Of a stretch of 64,000 nt of DNA, positions 9,700-20,075 are shown piece by piece. Below the pieces are notes generated by a model. That model saw only the letters and a list, made by a program, of their open reading frames with translations. It ran no database searches and was not told the DNA's origin. The position numbers were made by a program, and so were the translations under genes. Every line of letters begins with the position of its first letter. The stretch's first letter is position 1. This stretch comes from Candidatus Omnitrophota bacterium (GTDB lineage Bacteria > Omnitrophota > Gorgyraeia > Zapsychrales > Aceulaceae), in contig JAKQPK010000013.1 of the NCBI GenBank assembly GCA_029564765.1, forward strand, positions 125,753-189,752. The letters are read 5' to 3'.

Positions 9700-12600
9700 C
9701 TAGAAGTATTTTGTGTAGAACAAGCGGATAATGTGTTGCGTATCCACTGTTGGCGTTGAACTGCCGATATAGGGAGTGCCAGTAGCGTAGCCCGTGTAGA
9801 TCGATGGCCCGACACCGTAAGAAGCAGTGATCTTGCTTTCGTCCCTTAACAGATATTGTGTTTCAAAGAAAAAATTGTGATGGCTCTGAAAATCAATTTC
9901 CCCTCTGTTGTTGCCTAAAGAATCTAGATCAAGCAATTTAGTTAGACTGTTCCATCGGCTCCACGTGTATTTTGTGTACATTTGAAGATTTGCTGTTGGC
10001 ATGTAGCTAACAGCCAATCCGACATGGTTCATGTTGTCATCAATAGGCCCTGCAAATTCATTGGGATTGCGGGTGTAGTCCAGATAAATATTCCATTTGT
10101 CGTTGGGCCTGAAATCAAGTCCTGTGCGGAAGATATTGTGGTATTCGTACGGTGGTAGCGAGAAAAAACCTTGACTATAAAGGAAATTGTAGTCGCTGCG
10201 GTAGATCCTTCCATAAGAACTATTTGTGATCGTGCTTGTGTCATTTAATATGCCGCGTGGGAAGTTATCTGCAGCGACAGTAAAATCATTTGTACGTTCC
10301 CAGATACCGCTCCATGCAACCCAATCTGTGAGCCAGTATTTTAAGCCTAAAGATGTCGTATACAGATTGGCATCTTCATTGTCAGGGATAGCGGCATTGG
10401 CCATTTGACCACCGTCAAGACGTGTCATGTATGGATCAAACCCTCCCGTCGTGCGCGGAACATGATGGGCTAGCAAAAGCATTTTTGTTTCAAATCGCGA
10501 ATTTGGCTGCCAACCCCATTCTGTGCGAGCAACTGTTTCAACATATTTATTCGTGCTGGCTTGATGAACATTGCGGATATCTGCCAGACCTTTTAATTTT
10601 GCATCCCAGAATGAAAGATCTGTCCGCCAATTTGCGACATAGCGGTCATAGTCGATACCGTTACCGATGCGGAAAGCGTTAATATCATCCGAAGAGATCG
10701 TTTGAAAGCTAACGGGATCCCGGAAGGTCAGATGGCGCCCCCAGAATTCATCATCACGCGTTTCTAGGTATGTTGAGAGGCTGGATTGAAATCCTTTGTC
10801 CATACGTGAAAGACGAAGGCGTGTTTTATAAAAAGTAGATTGACCGTCTTCTGGCTTGATCAGGAAATAATCCTGATCAGCGCCTTCAAGATAAGAGGAC
10901 GTTTTCATTAATTGTAGATCATAGGCAGATCCTCGTTGCTGAGAATCGTAAAAATCATTGGTTAGATCTTGCTGTAGGTAGGAGAAAGCGTATTGAGCGG
11001 AAACTTTTGAGCTAGGGCTTATCATGAGGCCTGAATCAACACTAGTAACGATATTATAAGCATCTAAATCTTGATTGATAAATCCAAGATGGGCGTTATC
11101 TGTGATGCCGACATAGAACTGCTCAGAGAAGCTTTGTTTTGCGCGGACACTGGTCGCTAAAGCATCAAAGACATCATAGTCTTGCCAGAGCGTTTTTGGT
11201 GAAGCGACCGTTGCAAGGATCTCTGTATTTTCTTTGCTAAAATTTGCCGAAAAGCCGCGCAACGCTGTTAAGCGATTTCCTTCACTGTCGCGTGTTGCAA
11301 AAGCTAGGTCGTCATTCCATTCGCCTTTTGTAAAATCAACAGGGATAGCGCCGGCATTGACATGTCCTGGCTTCCAGTTCGCCAGCCAAGGGCTCTCTTC
11401 CCACCAGGTTCTGTTGTTGGAAAGGCGCAAAGGATCGTCTGAGGACAACGCCTTATCTTCAAGACCGAAGGGGAAGACTTGAAGCTTGATTGTATCGTTG
11501 GGCTCATAGTCTACCCACAACTCGCGTACAGGCTGAAACCACATGTTAAGTTTTGTATCAGGTAAGAGAAGCTTGTTCCCGAATTTTGTATTCAAGGATG
11601 TGCTGGCAACATGACCATTGACCACTTTTAGCTCGGGGATGGACATAAGGTCGCCAACGTACAGAGTGTCGGCATTCAGGCCCATGGTGTAGGCACTGTT
11701 GCCTGCGTATAGGATCTGTACGTCCGCATAATCTGTCCATGTTCCCAGTGCGCCACTATCACGCAATGTCATCTTTTTTGATTTTCCAACATAGCTCCAG
11801 GGGTCAAGGGCAATGTTCGTGTGAAACGAAAAAGGATTGCCAATAGGCTCGATATCAACATCAAATTTCATTTGGCTGTAAATGGCAGGGTCGTAGGTGT
11901 TGATGCGCTGGTTCAGCTGATCCCCGGAGAGAAGGCGATAATTCTTTTCATTGAGGTCAAAGTTCGCGCGTTTCCAGATAAACTCGCCACCCCCGGATGT
12001 TTCAAAGCCAAAGCCTGCGCGTACTTTACCGTGGACCATGACCTCTTCAGGCTTGGTTTCCTGATACTCTTTTTGCTTAGAAGAAAACGATCGATCATCA
12101 ACAGATTTCTGAGGAGCGATGTCTTCATCGCCGAAGGCTTCAAGCATTTTTGCTTCAGAGACAGTCTCAGCATTGAGCGCGGAAGCAAGGGTCTGACGAA
12201 CTGTCCGAGCAGGAGGATGGCTAGTGACCGCCTGCTGGCCTTTTGTATGCTGAGCGTATTCTTGCTCCAGCTCTTTGATCGCGTGAAATTTGTTGAGTTC
12301 GTCGTTAATAGCTTTGTCGCGGTTTTCAGCATATGATACTGAGGATCGCGCGTTTTCTATGGATTGTCGGCAGAGAGGAAGGTATTTGAGGGCATCAGGA
12401 TTGCCAGGTTCTCTGTTCAAGGCCGCTTCAAATTTCTTTGCGGCTTCAACATATTGTCCTTGGCCGTATAAAAAAAGACCCATTTCAGCATCGATATTGC
12501 TAGCTGTTGCTATGAAGGGAAACATGGAAAAAAGAACGAAAACAAAAAACCCTAACGAATAAATCGTTACCGACTTTATAGAGCGGTTCTTTTGGCTCAA
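9700..12600 (-). CDS. Large exported protein: N-terminal TPR followed by a probable outer-membrane beta-barrel
   Basis: Signal-like N-terminus; TPR (GLFLYGQGQYVEAAKKFEAALNREPGN); many alternating aromatic strands; C-terminal beta-signal IIRLFYTKYF. Confidence 0.7.
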   Translation of the reverse strand: MSQKNRSIKSVTIYSLGFFVFVLFSMFPFIATASNIDAEMGLFLYGQGQYVEAAKKFEAALNREPGNPDALKYLPLCRQSIENARSSVSYAENRDKAINDELNKFHAIKELEQEYAQHTKGQQAVTSHPPARTVRQTLASALNAETVSEAKMLEAFGDEDIAPQKSVDDRSFSSKQKEYQETKPEEVMVHGKVRAGFGFETSGGGEFIWKRANFDLNEKNYRLLSGDQLNQRINTYDPAIYSQMKFDVDIEPIGNPFSFHTNIALDPWSYVGKSKKMTLRDSGALGTWTDYADVQILYAGNSAYTMGLNADTLYVGDLMSIPELKVVNGHVASTSLNTKFGNKLLLPDTKLNMWFQPVRELWVDYEPNDTIKLQVFPFGLEDKALSSDDPLRLSNNRTWWEESPWLANWKPGHVNAGAIPVDFTKGEWNDDLAFATRDSEGNRLTALRGFSANFSKENTEILATVASPKTLWQDYDVFDALATSVRAKQSFSEQFYVGITDNAHLGFINQDLDAYNIVTSVDSGLMISPSSKVSAQYAFSYLQQDLTNDFYDSQQRGSAYDLQLMKTSSYLEGADQDYFLIKPEDGQSTFYKTRLRLSRMDKGFQSSLSTYLETRDDEFWGRHLTFRDPVSFQTISSDDINAFRIGNGIDYDRYVANWRTDLSFWDAKLKGLADIRNVHQASTNKYVETVARTEWGWQPNSRFETKMLLLAHHVPRTTGGFDPYMTRLDGGQMANAAIPDNEDANLYTTSLGLKYWLTDWVAWSGIWERTNDFTVAADNFPRGILNDTSTITNSSYGRIYRSDYNFLYSQGFFSLPPYEYHNIFRTGLDFRPNDKWNIYLDYTRNPNEFAGPIDDNMNHVGLAVSYMPTANLQMYTKYTWSRWNSLTKLLDLDSLGNNRGEIDFQSHHNFFFETQYLLRDESKITASYGVGPSIYTGYATGTPYIGSSTPTVDTQHIIRLFYTKYF

Positions 12601-12772
12601 GATGACCTCAGAATTCTATTAAATAAGATTAATTAATATGTGAAACTAAATAAGTATAACATATAAAAAATAAAGAAAGCAAGACAGCTTTTGGATTTTT
12701 CGGTCTTTATATAAAGGATGATCTGGATAAAGGCGTTGTCTTTTTATGTCGAGAAAGTGCGAACCGTTGCTT

Positions 12773-12801
12773 TTGACAAGAAAAAGGCTTTATGTTATAC
12801 T
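12773..12801 (+). promoter_or_regulatory. Near-consensus sigma70 promoter of the sugar ABC operon
   Basis: TTGACA (12773-12778)-N17-TATACT (12796-12801) with TG extended -10. Confidence 0.8.
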
Positions 12802-12870
12802 GCGATTTCTAATCAGCGCGCGGGGAAGGATACCTGCGGGTAATGTTAACCATCTGGAGTCCTCGGCTTC

Positions 12871-14151
12871 ATGAAAAGAATACTGCCTGTTGTTCTCGCT
12901 GTTTTTCTTCTTGCTGGCTGCTCTCCACTCATCGAACAAAAAGATACGATCACCATTTGGCATTGGATGACTGACCGCCAAGATGCTTTCACAAGACTTG
13001 CTCAGCAGTATGAGCAGAAAACAGGCGTGAAGGTTCGATTTGAGCTTTATGCGCCTTCTGATATTTATTCTAGAAAGATCGTTGCCGCGGCCCAGGCGAG
13101 GGCTTTGCCGGATATTTTTGGCATTCTTGGCGAGAAGAAAAGACTTGCGCTGTTCGTTGAAAGCGGGTTTGTGGCGGATCTGACCGACGAGTTCGAGAAA
13201 AACGATGCCTTGTGGGAAAAAAGCTTTTTTGAAAAAGCTTTGAACGTGAATCGTTTTGAACCTGACAACGCTTACAAAGTTAAGCCAGGCATTTACGGCG
13301 TTCCTTTGGATGTCACGAATATCCAGATGCTTTACAATGAAGAATTATTTGTGAAAGCCGGCATCAAAGAACCTCCTGAAACATTTGATCAGTTCTTGGA
13401 AAATATTGCTGTTCTTAATCGTCTTGGCATTGATGGGTTCGTTTCTGGGTGGGGCGAGAATTGGATGATCGACTGCTTTTCCTCGATTTATGCTCTGAAC
13501 ATAATGGGGGAAGAGAAAGTGATGGCTACTTATCGGGGAGAGGTTTCTTATACGGATGAAGATTGGATCAAGGTGCTATCTCTTTTTAAGACGATGCGTG
13601 ACCATAAAGCTTTGGTTCCCGGTATCGTAACGAAGGGCAACAAGTACGCAGAGCAAGATTTTGCTTTGGGACGTGCCGCTTTTGCTTTTAACGGGTCTTG
13701 GTGTGTTAATGTTTATGATAAAATGAATCCAGCGTTGCAGTATAAGGTTATGCTGCCTCCGCGCGTTGATCCCGATGTGCCCATGCAAATTTGGGGCGGC
13801 GCAGGGTCTTCTTTTGTTGTGAACCAGACGGCGGGTAACAGGCAACGGATCATTGATTTCTTAAAATGGCTGACCGGCAAGGAGCAACAGGTTTTCCTTT
13901 CCCAAGAAACAAAAAATCTGCCATCCAATCGCGAAGCCTTGTCTGAGATCCCGGATGTCTTGCTTCAGTTTGCTAAGGCAATGGACATCACCACGCATCC
14001 ATCGCTTTGGCCTTATAATGAGTCGCCCCTTGTCACGGAAGCATTTTGCAAAGGTATTCAAGCCATCATTATAGGTGAGGCAACCCCTGAGAAAGTCGCG
14101 ACTGATGTACAACGCCTTAAGGAACGTGAAATGAAAAGGGAGCGACAGTAA
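12871..14151 (+). CDS. Carbohydrate ABC transporter solute-binding lipoprotein (CUT1)
   Basis: Lipobox LLAGC; ITIWHW; LPDIF; YGVPLD...LYNEELF; FNGSW. Confidence 0.92.
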   Translation: MKRILPVVLAVFLLAGCSPLIEQKDTITIWHWMTDRQDAFTRLAQQYEQKTGVKVRFELYAPSDIYSRKIVAAAQARALPDIFGILGEKKRLALFVESGFVADLTDEFEKNDALWEKSFFEKALNVNRFEPDNAYKVKPGIYGVPLDVTNIQMLYNEELFVKAGIKEPPETFDQFLENIAVLNRLGIDGFVSGWGENWMIDCFSSIYALNIMGEEKVMATYRGEVSYTDEDWIKVLSLFKTMRDHKALVPGIVTKGNKYAEQDFALGRAAFAFNGSWCVNVYDKMNPALQYKVMLPPRVDPDVPMQIWGGAGSSFVVNQTAGNRQRIIDFLKWLTGKEQQVFLSQETKNLPSNREALSEIPDVLLQFAKAMDITTHPSLWPYNESPLVTEAFCKGIQAIIIGEATPEKVATDVQRLKEREMKRERQ

Positions 14152-14157
14152 TCTGCC

Positions 14158-15084
14158 ATGCGTGTTGCTAGCGTGAAGAATCCATCTGCTGTGAACATCA
14201 AAGATCTTTTTGGTAATTATCTATTCATCTTACCAGCCGTTCTTATCTTCTCTCTTTTTTACGTCTATCCTTTCTTTGAAATCTTTTATCTTTCATTATA
14301 TGAGTGGAATGGTATTTCTACGACCCGTCATTTTATTGGGCTTGGTAATTTCTTTGAGATCATGCAGGATAAGGTTTGGTGGATGTCTGTATGGCATGCG
14401 GCATACATCACGCTCATTGCCCTGACCTTTCAGAATGCCCTAGCTTTCGCGTTAGCACTTTCCTGTGATAGGGATATCCGTATGCGCAGGTTTTATCGTT
14501 TTGTTTTCTATCTTCCTCCGGTTTTGTCAGAGGTTGTTGTTGGTCTGATCTGGCGTTGGATCCTGAGCGCGAGCATGCAGGGGGGGGAACCCGTTGGCCT
14601 GCTGAATTATTTCTTGACAAAAGCACATTTATATCATTTAATGCGAGATTGGCTGTCTGATCCTCGAACGGCGTTAACATCGATCGCCATTGTTCACAGC
14701 TGGAAAGGTTTTGGTTGGGGATTTATCATTTTGCTCGCTGGACTACAGACCATCGACCGCCAACTCTATGAGGCCGCACGCGTTGATGGCGCCAGTTCTC
14801 TGAGCATTTTGAAGAATATTACCATTCCCATGATGGTTCCGGTCTTCATCATGGTCATGATCCTGACGATCCTGGGTTCTATGCAGGTTTTTGTTCTGGT
14901 TCTCTCAATGGTGGGACAGGGTTTGGTCTATCATACAGAAGTTCCCGTTACGCGCATTCTTGATTCTATGATCGGAACAAGCCGTTTCGGCTACGCTTGC
15001 GCGCAAGGGATCGTCTTTGGTGGGATCCTGGTCGTTGGTTCTTTTATTTTACATAAATTCTCAAAGAAGGTAAGACAAGAATAA
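14158..15084 (+). CDS. Carbohydrate ABC transporter permease (MalF-like)
   Basis: YLFILPA, FIGLGNF and the EAA loop LYEAARVDGAS. Confidence 0.95.
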   Translation: MRVASVKNPSAVNIKDLFGNYLFILPAVLIFSLFYVYPFFEIFYLSLYEWNGISTTRHFIGLGNFFEIMQDKVWWMSVWHAAYITLIALTFQNALAFALALSCDRDIRMRRFYRFVFYLPPVLSEVVVGLIWRWILSASMQGGEPVGLLNYFLTKAHLYHLMRDWLSDPRTALTSIAIVHSWKGFGWGFIILLAGLQTIDRQLYEAARVDGASSLSILKNITIPMMVPVFIMVMILTILGSMQVFVLVLSMVGQGLVYHTEVPVTRILDSMIGTSRFGYACAQGIVFGGILVVGSFILHKFSKKVRQE

Positions 15085-15095
15085 AAATAGGGATT

Positions 15096-15941
15096 ATGGC
15101 TGTTAGCAATTATAAATGGATCAGGGTCGTTCAGTCAGTGTTCTCGCACGTGTTCTTGATTTTTGTTGCTCTGACATGTTTGTTTCCCCTCCTATGGATG
15201 CTGCGGTCATCCTTAATGACCAATGAAACTATTTTTATTGATAAGGCCCTAATCCCGCAAACGCTTCATTTTAACAATTTTTATTTGGCCTGGACGCAGG
15301 GTAAGTTTGGGGTCTATTTTTTAAACAGCATCATCTATACTGCCAGCGCTGTTTTTGCCATCATTGTTATTGCCTCTCTGGCCGCTTATGCGTTCTCTCG
15401 ATTACAGTTCCCGGGAAAGAATTTCTTTTTTTATTTGTTTTTAGCTGCCATGATGATCCCTTTGCCCGGCAGCTTTGTCCCGCTGGTCGTTCTCATGAAC
15501 AAACTTCATTTAGCTAATACGCGCATCGGCTACATCCTGTGCATGATCAATGTCGGTTTATCGCTGAGCATTTATATTCTTAAGACGTTCTTTGATAAGA
15601 TGCCTTCAGCTTTAGAAGATGCGGCGCGTATAGACGGTTGCTCAAAGCTGGGGATCTGGTTCCATGTGGCCTTGCCATTGGCGCGTCCGGCGATCGCCGT
15701 TGTTGTTATTTTTAATACTTTAAATATTTGGAACGAGTATATTTTGGCAACATTGTTGCTGAATCATGAGCACCTGATGCCTTTGCAAAGAGGCTTAATG
15801 GTGTATCAGGGAGCGTACAGCGTTGACTATCCTATGCTGATGGCAGGATTGTCGATCACGGCTGCTCCGGTCGTTCTGGTCTATCTGTTCATGCAAAAAC
15901 ATATTATTAAAGGTCTCTCGGAAGGAGCTACGGCTGGATAA
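15096..15941 (+). CDS. Carbohydrate ABC transporter permease (MalG-like)
   Basis: YFLNS, AAYAFSR, EAA loop LEDAARIDGC, WNEY and QKHIIKGL. Confidence 0.95.
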   Translation: MAVSNYKWIRVVQSVFSHVFLIFVALTCLFPLLWMLRSSLMTNETIFIDKALIPQTLHFNNFYLAWTQGKFGVYFLNSIIYTASAVFAIIVIASLAAYAFSRLQFPGKNFFFYLFLAAMMIPLPGSFVPLVVLMNKLHLANTRIGYILCMINVGLSLSIYILKTFFDKMPSALEDAARIDGCSKLGIWFHVALPLARPAIAVVVIFNTLNIWNEYILATLLLNHEHLMPLQRGLMVYQGAYSVDYPMLMAGLSITAAPVVLVYLFMQKHIIKGLSEGATAG

Positions 15942-18253
15942 TGAAAAAAAATCTCTACCTATCGATCGTTGCAACTGTTCTTTTTTCTATGTTCTTTTTG
16001 TCTCAGGCCTCGGCACAAATTTTAAGCTCGCAAGAATATGTCCGCAAAGCCTGGGAGGCATCTTCACAGAATAACTTTGAAGAAGTTGACCGACTCACTG
16101 ATGAATGTGTGTTGCACTATAATGATCAAGCCAAGCAACAACAAGCGTCCTTAACGGGATTCGCTGACAAGGGGACCGAAAGCCAATATCAGGCGCTAAA
16201 CGATGTCGCAACAGCTTTGTTCATTCACGCAGAGTCTTTGATGAAGCAAGGAAAGACCGAAGACTCCAGAAAACTTTTTATGCGGATCATTGAGGAGTTT
16301 TCTTGGGCGCAAAGCTGGGATCCGCGCGGCTGGTATTGGGCTCCTGCTGAAAAAGCTCAAGCTAGTATCGATAAGCTCGACGGGAAATATGAACAAAAAC
16401 AGGTTGTCAAGGTCGACCGCGGACCAAAAACACTGCCGACCCTCAGCTTTCCAGGAGCAGAAAAGATCATTGACTATAAAAAATACGGACATTTTGTCGG
16501 TGTTGGAACTAAAGAGTATGAATATGTAATAGATGATCCTGAAGGCCTGATGAAGGCTGTGGGTCAATGCATCTATCCGAACACTAGCAGTCTTTTGAAA
16601 GATCCGGTTTACCGCCAGATGGTAAAGGATGGAAAGCTCGGGGGCAGCCATTGGGATTTTGTGCATACGGATGACTTGCAGAAAGCCGTTTATAAATGGG
16701 CTTCTTCATCAGAAAATTGGGGCGTTAAGCTTTTTTACATGGGCCTCTTGTTCGAACGAGCCCATATGTGGTATGAGGCTATCAAATGTTATCGCGCTAT
16801 TCAAATTCACTTTCCACAGTCTGTTGGACGTACTTATTGGAACACGCCTTGGTATCCAGGACAAGCTGCGATCGCGAAAATACGCCATTTGATCAATATC
16901 CGTCCTGAATTAGATCTCAAGTATGTTGGCGCGAAGATCCAGGTGATCAACGGTTTTGATAATGATGTGGCCAACGATATTGTTTTAACTTGGCCCGGGG
17001 AATTACGTAAAAAGAACATTTGGGACAAAGTCCAAGAGAAATTTGCTTCATTTTTTCCTGAGAAACAGTGTGTTTTTAGTCCATCTAATTCCAAGAAGGT
17101 TTTAGGAGCTGGTCGGGTGCGTCTTTTGCAATGCAAAGAAAGCGGACATTGGCAGCTTCAGATCGATGAGAAACCAGCCATGATCAAAGCTGTTACCTAT
17201 GTGGCAACAAAGGTCGGGCAAAGTCCAGACAATGGAACTTTGGCTGATTGGATGGTGGAGGATACGAACCATAATGGAAAACCCGATGGTCCTTTTGATA
17301 GCTGGGTAGACAAGAATCGCAATAATAAACAGGATAGCGATGAGCCAGTTGTTGGGGATTTCCAGCTTCTTAAGGAAATGGGTGTTAATGCGATCCGTAT
17401 TTATAAGCAGCCTTATAATGCTGACAAAGAGCTTTTACGCAAGTTGTATAATGACTATGGCATCATGGTCATTATGGGTGATTTCTTGGGAAAGTACGCT
17501 CTTGGTTCTGGCGCGAGTTGGTTCGAGGGAACGGATTACGATAATCCTGAACACAAAAAGAACATGATGGAGTCCGTTCGTAAAATGGTTGAGGAATTCA
17601 AGGATGAGCCTTATGTTCTTTTTTGGCTTTTAGGCAACGAAAATAATTATGGCTTAGGATGCAATGCGGATAAAAAACCAGAAAGCTATTTTAAATTCGT
17701 TGAAGAAGTTGCCCAGATGATCAAATCTATTGATAAGAATCATCTTGTGGCTGTTTGCAATGGAGATACCTTATTTTTGGATATTTTTGCTGAAAACTGT
17801 CCTTCTGTTGATATTTTTGGTGCGAACGCTTATCGTGGGGATTATGGATTTGGCTCTTATTGGGCGCAGGTTTTTGAACTTACCGGGCGCCCCGCCTTTA
17901 TTACAGAGTATGGATGTCCAGCATACGCAAATTTTCTTAGTCCGGAAGAAGCGGAGCAAGCTCAGGCTGATTATCATCAGGGAGCTTGGGAGGATATGCT
18001 TTTTAACGCGGCTGGATCGAAGGAAGGTGTCGGGAACGCTTTAGGTGGGGTTGTCTTTGAGTGGATGGACGAATGGTGGAAGAATTATGAACCCTATTAT
18101 CATGATAAAACCGCTGGCGCTAAAGGGCCTTTCCCGGATGGTTTTATGTATGAAGAGTGGTTTGGCATCATTGGACAGGGAGATGGCAGCCATAGCCCGT
18201 TCTTGCGGCAACTTCGTAAAGCTTATGAGTATTATAAGAAGGCCTGGAATTAA
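15941..18253 (+). CDS. Exported clan GH-A (GH2-TIM-barrel-like) glycoside hydrolase with N-terminal TPR-like repeat module
   Basis: Signal peptide; LKEMGVNAIRIY, WLLGNENN (acid/base), FITEYG (nucleophile) and FEWMDEWWK; N-terminal module homologous to the repeats in 18351..19208. Confidence 0.8.
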   Translation: MKKNLYLSIVATVLFSMFFLSQASAQILSSQEYVRKAWEASSQNNFEEVDRLTDECVLHYNDQAKQQQASLTGFADKGTESQYQALNDVATALFIHAESLMKQGKTEDSRKLFMRIIEEFSWAQSWDPRGWYWAPAEKAQASIDKLDGKYEQKQVVKVDRGPKTLPTLSFPGAEKIIDYKKYGHFVGVGTKEYEYVIDDPEGLMKAVGQCIYPNTSSLLKDPVYRQMVKDGKLGGSHWDFVHTDDLQKAVYKWASSSENWGVKLFYMGLLFERAHMWYEAIKCYRAIQIHFPQSVGRTYWNTPWYPGQAAIAKIRHLINIRPELDLKYVGAKIQVINGFDNDVANDIVLTWPGELRKKNIWDKVQEKFASFFPEKQCVFSPSNSKKVLGAGRVRLLQCKESGHWQLQIDEKPAMIKAVTYVATKVGQSPDNGTLADWMVEDTNHNGKPDGPFDSWVDKNRNNKQDSDEPVVGDFQLLKEMGVNAIRIYKQPYNADKELLRKLYNDYGIMVIMGDFLGKYALGSGASWFEGTDYDNPEHKKNMMESVRKMVEEFKDEPYVLFWLLGNENNYGLGCNADKKPESYFKFVEEVAQMIKSIDKNHLVAVCNGDTLFLDIFAENCPSVDIFGANAYRGDYGFGSYWAQVFELTGRPAFITEYGCPAYANFLSPEEAEQAQADYHQGAWEDMLFNAAGSKEGVGNALGGVVFEWMDEWWKNYEPYYHDKTAGAKGPFPDGFMYEEWFGIIGQGDGSHSPFLRQLRKAYEYYKKAWN

Positions 18254-18350
18254 CAATTTTTGGCAAACCCGAAGGTTTTATGCTATACTCACTTTTACAT
18301 TTGGCCCATAGATGATCTTTTATCAAAATCACAAAAGGAGGAGTAGCGGT

Positions 18351-19208
18351 ATGAGAAAAATTTTTATTGCGGCTTTGTTGATCCTTGGAATTGGGATCGT
18401 GAGCCCTGTCACGGCGTCAGCTTATAATTTTGGTGATTATCGCTCTGTGACATTGACGAGCAAGGCATGGGAAGCCCTTAATGCCGGTGACGTTGAAGCA
18501 GTTTTGGCTTACACCAAGAAATGTATTGAACTTTATGGTGAGCAAGCTAAGAAAATGCAAGCTTCTTTAAAAGATTATGTGAAGGGCACAAACGAGGAAG
18601 TGTTTAAGAACTGGGCGCTTAATGATGTTTCTGTCTGCCTTTTCATCCAAGGTGAAGCCTATCGTAAGGCAAAAATGATGGATGAAGCCAAAGAAGCCTA
18701 CCAGAAAGTTATTAATGATTATAAATTCGGTCAGTGCTGGGATAATGGCGGGTGGTTCTGGAAGCCAGCGGAAGCTGCCAAGGAACGCTTGGACGCGATC
18801 ATCAAGGGTATTAATGTTGATTTTGGTGACATGAAATCTTCCACCTTGACCACTAAGGCATGGGAGGCTTACAACAAAAACGATCTTGAATCCGTCCTTC
18901 TGTATACCAATAAATGTATCGCAACTTACGGTGAAGAAGCTAAGAAGATGCAGGCTTCTCTTTCGGAATATCCATGGGAAAATAATGAAAAGATCTTTTC
19001 TTATTGGGCATTAAACGATGTTGGGACCTGTTTCTTTATTCAAGGGGATGCATATAAAAAAGCAGGAAAGGCAAAGGAAGCAGAAAAAGCTTTTGGTCAA
19101 TTGATCAAGGAATATTATTTTGCTCAAGCATGGGATCCCCAGGGTTGGTTCTGGAAGCCTTCAGAAGCAGCTGAGCAAAGATTAGAAGAAATGAAGGAAA
19201 ACCAGTAA
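18351..19208 (+). CDS. Exported protein made of two tandem ~130-aa TPR-like repeats
   Basis: SD AGGAGG then ATG 18351; signal peptide; internal duplication FGD..S.TLT.KAWEA...WALNDV...Q.WD..GWFWKP.EAA. Confidence 0.85.
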   Translation: MRKIFIAALLILGIGIVSPVTASAYNFGDYRSVTLTSKAWEALNAGDVEAVLAYTKKCIELYGEQAKKMQASLKDYVKGTNEEVFKNWALNDVSVCLFIQGEAYRKAKMMDEAKEAYQKVINDYKFGQCWDNGGWFWKPAEAAKERLDAIIKGINVDFGDMKSSTLTTKAWEAYNKNDLESVLLYTNKCIATYGEEAKKMQASLSEYPWENNEKIFSYWALNDVGTCFFIQGDAYKKAGKAKEAEKAFGQLIKEYYFAQAWDPQGWFWKPSEAAEQRLEEMKENQ

Positions 19209-19273
19209 GTCTTTATATTCGAAAGACTTATTTTCCTTGTTAAATATTAAATATTTTAATGTAAAGGGCTTTT

Positions 19274-19906
19274 ATGCATAAAGTCGGCCATCTCTTTTTG
19301 ATCTTTTTCCTGGTTGCTCTTTTTGGTTGCGATCAAAATATTAAACCTCAGGACGGAGCGCGAGATAGCGGGAAACAAGGCGTTCATTTCGACCCTTTTC
19401 CTATTTACACAAACGTTGGCTCGCGAGACAATCATTATGTTCCATCAGGATTTATGCCTGACGGGCAATGTATCAGTCTTGATAATCGTTGGCAAGAGGG
19501 TTGCCATAGCGATCCTACCTGTATCAAGATTTCTTATGACGTTATCTGTTCTCAGAAAGGGGCTAGATGGGCTGGTATTTACTGGCAGAACCCCGCACAT
19601 AACTGGGGTGGCCGTAAAGGTGGCTTTAACCTGACAGGCGCTAAGAAATTGACGTTCTGGGCAAAAGGCGAAAAAGGTGGCGAGCGTATTGAAGAATTTA
19701 AGATGGGTGGTATCTCAGGAGATTATCCTGATACCGATACAGCCTTTATTGGACCTGTTATCCTAACGCCGGAATGGAAGCAATACAGCATTGATCTGCG
19801 AGGCAAGGACCTGTCTTACGTAAGTGGAGGTTTTTGCTTTACAACCAACGTTGAGGTCAATCCTGAGCCGATCGTATTCTTTCTAGACGATATGCGTTAC
19901 GAATAA
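19274..19906 (+). CDS. Lipoprotein with CBM11/CIA30-like carbohydrate-binding beta-sandwich
   Basis: Lipobox LFGC; WAGIYWQ, FNLTGAKKLTFWAKG, LTPEWKQYSIDL and FFLDDMRYE. Confidence 0.75.
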   Translation: MHKVGHLFLIFFLVALFGCDQNIKPQDGARDSGKQGVHFDPFPIYTNVGSRDNHYVPSGFMPDGQCISLDNRWQEGCHSDPTCIKISYDVICSQKGARWAGIYWQNPAHNWGGRKGGFNLTGAKKLTFWAKGEKGGERIEEFKMGGISGDYPDTDTAFIGPVILTPEWKQYSIDLRGKDLSYVSGGFCFTTNVEVNPEPIVFFLDDMRYE

Positions 19907-19932
19907 TTTTTTGCAAAAGATGTATTTTAAAG

Positions 19933-19960
19933 AAGAGGTAGAGCGATCTACCTCTTTTTT
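19933..19960 (+). terminator. Rho-independent terminator
   Basis: AAGAGGTAGA-gcga-TCTACCTCTT followed by a T run. Confidence 0.85.
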
Positions 19961-20075
19961 GTTTTTAGTCATGTGAAAAAATTCTTTGTTTTGCCTTGAG
20001 TTCGTAAAAATTGTTTGATATAGTAAAATTGTTTCTTATATATAATATTTAACGCTCTAAACAAAGAGGGGAAAA

